DNA from: Methylococcaceae bacterium
Lineage (GTDB): Bacteria > Pseudomonadota > Gammaproteobacteria > Methylococcales > Methylomonadaceae
Length of the DNA: 64,000 nucleotides
Direction of reading: 5' to 3'
Assembly (NCBI GenBank): GCA_013141155.1
Contig: JABFRM010000145.1
Span: 6,042-70,041, forward strand
The stretch's first letter is position 1. Each line of letters opens with the position of its first letter. Made by a program: the position numbers and the translations under genes. This document shows, piece by piece, positions 58,637 through 64,000 of this stretch. The notes under the pieces are model-generated. The model saw only the letters and a program-made list of their open reading frames with translations. It did no database searches and was not told the origin of the DNA.

Positions 58637-58647
58637 TCCCAGCATCA

Positions 58648-59562
58648 ATGACTTCAACCCTGCTACAAATGTCCGTAATCATCGCCTGTGGTGCGATATG
58701 GCGATTTTTTACCCCATTAGGCATAAGCGCCCAACAAACCCGGCAAGTACTGACCACGGTGGTTTATTATTTGTTGCTACCCGCCCTGGTGCTTGAGGTT
58801 TTATGGCATGCAGATATAGGCATCCACTCCCTGTATTACACCGGCTTAGGCATTGCCTGCATTGTTGTGGCAGGCTTGTGTAGCTGGTTACTTGGGCGAT
58901 TATTTAAGTTTCAGGCCAAGCAGATGGGGGCAGTGCTGTTGGCGGCGGCATTTGCCAATGTCACTTTTTTAGGCTTACCGGTACTGGAGCAACTGTTCGG
59001 CAGTTGGGCAAGATCGGTTGCTATCCAACTGGATTTGTTTGCAGTGGCGCCTTTTTTGTATACGTTTGGCATCTTGGTGGCGCGGCATTTTGGCCGGGAT
59101 GGATCGGTAAAACCGAAATCCGTACTCTTATTTTTAAATACGCCCCCATTTTGGGCGGCATTTCTGGCGGTCATCCTCAATTTAAATAACATCTCTACCC
59201 CTCTTTGGCTTACGGGCATATTGCAAAAATTAGCCGCAGCCGTGGTGCCGCTGATGTTACTATCACTGGGCTTGGCGTTAAGCTGGCAGACCCTTAAAAT
59301 ACGGCAATTACCCTATATATTAGTGGTTAGTGGCATTAAACTCTTGTTAATGCCCTTGGTTGCCTTAACGCTGGTCACGCATCTGGATTTACCCACACCA
59401 TTTAAAGCGGCGGCGATCATGGATTTAGCCATGCCCAGCATGTTGATGGGCGTAGTCTTGTGTGATCGTTACCATCTGGATAGTAGCCTATATGCCATGC
59501 TGGTCACTGTAACCACCGCCTTAAGTTTAATCACCTTACCTTTTTGGTACGCCTTATTATGA
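58648..59562 (+). CDS. AEC (auxin efflux carrier)-family transporter
   Basis: It has about 10 TM helices and the typical two-repeat AEC architecture, with LLPALVL and FANVTFLGLPV motifs. Confidence 0.85.
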   Translation: MTSTLLQMSVIIACGAIWRFFTPLGISAQQTRQVLTTVVYYLLLPALVLEVLWHADIGIHSLYYTGLGIACIVVAGLCSWLLGRLFKFQAKQMGAVLLAAAFANVTFLGLPVLEQLFGSWARSVAIQLDLFAVAPFLYTFGILVARHFGRDGSVKPKSVLLFLNTPPFWAAFLAVILNLNNISTPLWLTGILQKLAAAVVPLMLLSLGLALSWQTLKIRQLPYILVVSGIKLLLMPLVALTLVTHLDLPTPFKAAAIMDLAMPSMLMGVVLCDRYHLDSSLYAMLVTVTTALSLITLPFWYALL

Positions 59563-60800
59563 CTGTAACCATCGAAATATTTTCGCAGGGCGAAGAAATT
59601 ATCACTGGGCAAACGGTAGACAGCAATTCTGCCTGGTTGTCTGAACAAGTCGTTGCACTGGGTTTTAAAGTTACGCGGCACTCAACCGTCGGCGATGATT
59701 TAAACGACCTAACGACATTACTAAACGAAATCGCGCAACGGGCAGATTGTTGTCTTTGTACCGGCGGTTTAGGTCCTACCAGTGATGATTTAACCGCAGA
59801 AGCTGTTGCCAAAGCGTTTGCGCTACCGCTGACATTTGACGCAGTTGCTTATGCACAAATTGCCGTATTTTTTGAACAGCGCAACCGACCCATGCCCGCC
59901 TCTAACCGTAAACAGGCAATGCTGCCGCAAGGCGCACTTCGCATTGATAATACCTTAGGTACTGCACCAGGGTTTGCTGTAAAGCATGGACGCTGCTGGT
60001 TTGCCTTTATGCCAGGTGTTCCTGCGGAAATGAGGCATTTATTTAAGGCCACCATCAAAGCTTATTTGCAGCAACACTTTAAGGTGCAGCCCAGCCACTT
60101 AGTGACCTTAAAAACCGTTGGCATCGGTGAGTCAGCGCTGCAAGAACGCATTAAAGATATTCCACTGCCCCCTTCAGTGCAATTAGGCTTTAGGGCTGGC
60201 ACAGAGGACGTGCAAACAAAATTACTGTTTCCTTTTGCCTATCCAAGCGATGATAAGCAGCGTCTGGTTACGCAATTTGTGGCACAAATTGGAGATTTTG
60301 TTTTTGCAATTGATGGTTTGGAGCAACCTGCCAGCAATTTGGTAGCGGTTATTGCCGCAGAGTTAAACGCCACTCGGCAAACGGTGGCGGTTATTGAAAC
60401 GCTTAGCCAGGGATTGATTGCGGCTAAATGTATCGGGCAACCGTGGCTGATACAATCACTGTATCAGCCCACATTAGAACGGTTAACAGCGCAATTTGGA
60501 TTGGCGCTCAATCAGATGGATTTAATGGATACCGCACTGCGTTTAGGGCAGTTAGTAAGACAACAAAGTGGCGCGGATTTTGCGTTAGTGCAACTGCTCG
60601 ATAGCAGTGCTTCCAATGCCCAAGATGAACCGATGGTTTTATACACGGTGCTGGCAACCGCACATGGCGCGTATCCGCAAACCTTAACCGTAAGCGGTAA
60701 ACTGCAACGCAAACAAAATCAGGCGGCATTGATGGCGCTGGATTTACTGCGACGATTTTTACAAGGTAAACATACCATCGTCTGCCATGAATATGCTTGA
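59559..60800 (+). CDS. cinA: CinA-family competence/damage-inducible protein (MoCF-type domain plus CinA C-terminal domain)
   Basis: It carries IEIFSQGEEIITGQTVDSNSAWLS and CLCTGGLGPTSDDLT motifs. ATG 59559 overlaps the upstream stop (ATGA). Confidence 0.8.
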   Translation: MTVTIEIFSQGEEIITGQTVDSNSAWLSEQVVALGFKVTRHSTVGDDLNDLTTLLNEIAQRADCCLCTGGLGPTSDDLTAEAVAKAFALPLTFDAVAYAQIAVFFEQRNRPMPASNRKQAMLPQGALRIDNTLGTAPGFAVKHGRCWFAFMPGVPAEMRHLFKATIKAYLQQHFKVQPSHLVTLKTVGIGESALQERIKDIPLPPSVQLGFRAGTEDVQTKLLFPFAYPSDDKQRLVTQFVAQIGDFVFAIDGLEQPASNLVAVIAAELNATRQTVAVIETLSQGLIAAKCIGQPWLIQSLYQPTLERLTAQFGLALNQMDLMDTALRLGQLVRQQSGADFALVQLLDSSASNAQDEPMVLYTVLATAHGAYPQTLTVSGKLQRKQNQAALMALDLLRRFLQGKHTIVCHEYA

Positions 60801-60903
60801 GAATGAGGCTACTTGGTACTGATATGTTAACGTAAAACTCAATATAAAAATAAGGGCAGACACACAGGTCCGCCCCCTTGGGTATACTTTGATCCTGATG
60901 CCG

Positions 60904-61185
60904 CTATTTAACCAGCAAAGGATTGATTTGCGCCTTTGCTTTCGCAGCAGCGATGCGCGCTTGCCATTTTTGGGCAATGATTTTATCCCTTTGTATGACA
61001 TGTGCTTGCACGGCTTGCGTCTCAATAGCGCTTAATTTAACCAGCGCTTGCGGATCATCGTCTTGCATAGTGATGGTTTTGGTGACTAGCGCTGCTCGCA
61101 TAGCTGCCGTTGGTTGTGGCGCGACTATTGCAGCCAGTGTTGAAAAAGAAATGCTGGCGCATAAGATTGCAATGAAAGTTTTCAT
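60904..61185 (-). CDS. Small secreted/periplasmic helical protein
   Basis: It is 93 aa with a signal peptide (MKTFIAILCASISFSTLAA). GAGGA lies upstream of the ATG. The mature part is Ala/Gln/Lys-rich and helical. It lies downstream of the MCO gene. Confidence 0.5.
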   Translation of the reverse strand: MKTFIAILCASISFSTLAAIVAPQPTAAMRAALVTKTITMQDDDPQALVKLSAIETQAVQAHVIQRDKIIAQKWQARIAAAKAKAQINPLLVK

Positions 61186-61322
61186 GGTTTTATCCTCAAT
61201 TTTAAATTCTAAAAGTCGTTAAAGGTTGATTGCAGTTTAACGGTGTTTAATTTGGTTTGGTTAACTGCCAACAGTAGGTTACGTTTGCGTAGCGATGCCA
61301 TTGGCAGGACTGTAATATCGCC

Positions 61323-63662
61323 TTAAGGATGTACAATCATAGGGCGCATCATATCGTGATCTTCATGTTCCATAATGTGACAATGCCAGACAAATTGACC
61401 AGGGCCTTCAAATTGCATATTAATCCGAGTTACTTCGCCGGTTATGACATCACCTGGCAGAGGTGCAGGATTGGCGCCTTTAGTTCCAGGATTAGCAATA
61501 ACGGTTTCTTTCCAGCCTCGTTCAGTAATTAAAGCGGGCGTAGCTGGAGTAACGGGTGGGCAGACTCCAGCCACTTCTGGCGCAAGAGAATAACAAATAT
61601 GGGTGAGTTCGCCGCTTGCCCCTAAGATAGCACTGAATGGTTGCCGCTCTATGACCTGAAAATCCCCATCATGAATATGGATTGGGTGCGCATCGACCGT
61701 GGTGTTGAATATTTCCCAAGTTTCTACCGTATTTTTCATGGGATGTTCGGTAATCGGATCCATCCAGCCACGGATACCATCAGCAACTGTACCCAATATG
61801 GGTAAAATCCGTCCAAAATTATCGGTGGTTTCCGCTAACAAAACCCTGTGCGCTGGCGCGTTGCCATTTGTCGGCACCAAAGGCTGTATGGGTACACGCA
61901 ATGCCGCAGGAAGGGTAACGACGGGTGCCGCAGACTGTGGCAAATTCACTTTAAACAGCATTAATTGATCATGCAATCCAGGGGTTACTGGCGCTGGATT
62001 AAGACCTCCAAACGGTGTGCCTGCGCTATTGGTTAAGGTGATATTTTTTCCGTTCAGGGCAGCAAAGTCTACGATGATGTCATAACGTTCCGCAGGCCCC
62101 ATGGTCAGCGTATCGACAGTGGCCGGTGCATTAAGAAACCCACCTTCAGAGCCAATGACTTGGAAAGGAATAGGCGCATCCCCTACAACCCCAGTTGAAA
62201 GTGCCAATTTATAGAATCTAGCATTAGAACCGTTTAACAACCGGAACCGATATTTGCGGGGTTCAACTTGTAGATACGGCCAGGCAACGCCATTCACGAC
62301 CATCACATCACCAAAAAATTCAGGGACAATGCTAGGCGTAGCGCCAGTACCGGTAACATCGACATCAGGATAGGCCAATGAACCATCGGTATGAAACATG
62401 CGGTCTTGCAGCACCAACGGTATCTCATGAGGGCCGGAGGGCAATTGATTGGCGGCAACCATCGCCATTTCATTGTCATCCCGCAGCATGTACAAACCGG
62501 TAAGGCCTGCGTAAGCATTCAGACGGGTTATCCCCATAGTGTGATCGTGATACCACATCAATGTTGCTTCCTGATTATTGGTGTAATCAAAAGGGTTTGA
62601 GTTATAAACCAGCGGAGAAGTCATCGGCACACCATTTTCCCCCGTCGGCGCATGCCAAGTTTCTGGATAACCGTCATTAATCTCATCAATGATTTTGGCA
62701 CCATGCAAATGCGCGACACTGCGGATATCCGGTTCGCCATGGTTGGCACCATGAATGGAATGATCCACTGGCAGTAGATGCCCCGTCGAGTTAAGCGTGT
62801 TCAGATACTGCACATTAACATGCTTGCCCAATAGCGAAAGATTATTGTCCGGTTTGGTAGAGCGCGCTTCAATGGTGTGCGCTGGAAAGCTAAACGTATC
62901 AGGCCTGGCAGGATCACCATAAGCAAACACGTCGGTCGCTGGGAAACCCGGCGGCAGAATCTGCGCTTTGACTTTTTTAATATCCAAGGTGTAAGTATCA
63001 GTGCCTGGTTTCGTAACCGTATCTGGGATATGTTTAAAAAAAGCCGCGTTGGGATTTGGCAGGGGCAATTGATACTTAGGAATGCTGGTGGCGTCCAATA
63101 CCGGCTGACTGTAAGTGCCGCTGGGATCAACCACGCCTGTTAGCGCCAATGCCATCACTGGCAATATGGGTAACATATTGAACGTGTTGTTAGTCAGATT
63201 AATTTCGCCAGCGACGGGTGCAACATTGGCACTAAAAGTCCCTGAAATATTGCCGATACTGCCGGGCGTCACGGGAATGCGGAGTATGGTGGTTTTTCCT
63301 ATACCTAACGCTTGGTCATAAGTGCAGTTAATAGCTTGCCCAGCGCTTAAACACAGCCAATGGTCGGCAAGCCGGGAAAATTTCAGCGGTGCGGTTACGC
63401 CTTGTGGCAAAGTGAAGGTTAATTTGATCGGCGCATTAACGGTGCCGCCAATATTAATCACTCTTACCGCTATTTGACTCATGGCCGTTGCTTTTAGGAT
63501 CGGTGATGGCGGCTCAACCAATACAAATAGGTCTGGCGGTAGATTAAAATTAGGCAACACTTTGCCATTAATCACGCTGGGGATTGGTATTGCTGCGCCA
63601 GCGAAGCCTGAGGAAGTCGCGGCGATTGCGGTTAAAGCGATGGTTTTAATCAAGTAGTTCAT
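61323..63662 (-). CDS. Three-domain multicopper oxidase (CotA/bilirubin-oxidase/CueO-like) with a ~170-aa N-terminal DUF11/CARDB-like extension
   Basis: It has a signal peptide and copper motifs VAHLHGA, WYHDHTMG, HPIHIHDGDF and WHCHIMEHEDHDMM. GGAGA lies upstream of ATG 63662. Confidence 0.88.
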   Translation of the reverse strand: MNYLIKTIALTAIAATSSGFAGAAIPIPSVINGKVLPNFNLPPDLFVLVEPPSPILKATAMSQIAVRVINIGGTVNAPIKLTFTLPQGVTAPLKFSRLADHWLCLSAGQAINCTYDQALGIGKTTILRIPVTPGSIGNISGTFSANVAPVAGEINLTNNTFNMLPILPVMALALTGVVDPSGTYSQPVLDATSIPKYQLPLPNPNAAFFKHIPDTVTKPGTDTYTLDIKKVKAQILPPGFPATDVFAYGDPARPDTFSFPAHTIEARSTKPDNNLSLLGKHVNVQYLNTLNSTGHLLPVDHSIHGANHGEPDIRSVAHLHGAKIIDEINDGYPETWHAPTGENGVPMTSPLVYNSNPFDYTNNQEATLMWYHDHTMGITRLNAYAGLTGLYMLRDDNEMAMVAANQLPSGPHEIPLVLQDRMFHTDGSLAYPDVDVTGTGATPSIVPEFFGDVMVVNGVAWPYLQVEPRKYRFRLLNGSNARFYKLALSTGVVGDAPIPFQVIGSEGGFLNAPATVDTLTMGPAERYDIIVDFAALNGKNITLTNSAGTPFGGLNPAPVTPGLHDQLMLFKVNLPQSAAPVVTLPAALRVPIQPLVPTNGNAPAHRVLLAETTDNFGRILPILGTVADGIRGWMDPITEHPMKNTVETWEIFNTTVDAHPIHIHDGDFQVIERQPFSAILGASGELTHICYSLAPEVAGVCPPVTPATPALITERGWKETVIANPGTKGANPAPLPGDVITGEVTRINMQFEGPGQFVWHCHIMEHEDHDMMRPMIVHP

Positions 63663-64000
63663 AGCTGTTCTCCAGATTTATCATAATAAATGCCAGGTGA
63701 TAATCGTTTTTTCGATTTCGGCAGAAAGCATCAAAAATCAATGGGGCTATAGGATTAGGATACACCGCCATCCCCTTAGTTTTTTCAATGTGCTGATAGC
63801 TTAACTAAGGCTGTAAGCATAGTCGGTGACCTAGGTACGCATTGATGGTGATTTATGACCCAAATAATATGTCTGTAAAACAATCGATACTTTAAACAAC
63901 CCAATTTAAATGCGTGGTTTGCTTGGTATTTTGAGCGTAGGCTTCTATACACTATACTGTTGTATATAGTGAATATTAACCGCCTTAACGCATCGGAGCC

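Noticed and set aside
60923-61222. 99-aa Cys/Ala-rich ORF on the + strand
   Set aside because: It is antisense to the 93-aa minus-strand ORF, which has a proper signal peptide and a GAGGA ribosome-binding site. The + strand product is compositionally implausible.

Overview
This 64-kb chromosomal window is most likely from a gammaproteobacterium. The backbone carries gltBD, hemCDXY, rlmL, pyrF, tatA, lspA, rsmD and cyoE. Two multicopper-oxidase loci, a cupredoxin, a cytochrome P460 and a PEP-CTERM protein hint at a methanotroph- or nitrifier-like lifestyle, but that taxonomic call is tentative. I support about 55 CDS and see no rRNA, tRNA or CRISPR array. On hand-counted 60-nt lines the backbone is roughly 45-50% GC, and three AT-rich accessory blocks interrupt it. 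(1) At 8.2-16.9 kb, a sialic-acid-like (neuA/B/C/D) biosynthesis and modification island sits directly downstream of flgL and is peppered with MITE-like inverted-repeat elements. (2) At 31.7-35.5 kb there is a Gtr/Arn-like three-component periplasmic glycosylation module (GT2, small flippase, large GT-C-like membrane protein). (3) At 54.2-58.4 kb a tightly packed operon of four ORFs with no family I can recognise is wedged between pyrF and a transporter. Block 3 is my best candidate for an undescribed (defence/conflict-type) system. Its 743-aa last protein shows PIN-like acidic motifs plus a helical-repeat C-terminus, and two of its ORFs meet at a frame junction that contains homopolymer tracts. 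Other points worth a second look are listed here.
- A type-C-like two-domain multicopper oxidase is translationally coupled to a membrane-anchored cupredoxin.
- A cytochrome c domain is fused to a periplasmic-binding-protein-like domain.
- Two paralogous genes in tandem each encode two PilZ domains.
- A perfect G3N4 x4 heptamer repeat lies in a 3' UTR.
- A TolC protein carries an extra C-terminal NTF2-like domain.
- A sigma-54 activator has no sensory domain.
- A Uma2 endonuclease gene is inserted between paired M16 peptidase genes.
All functional calls come from motif recognition by eye; no database search was run.
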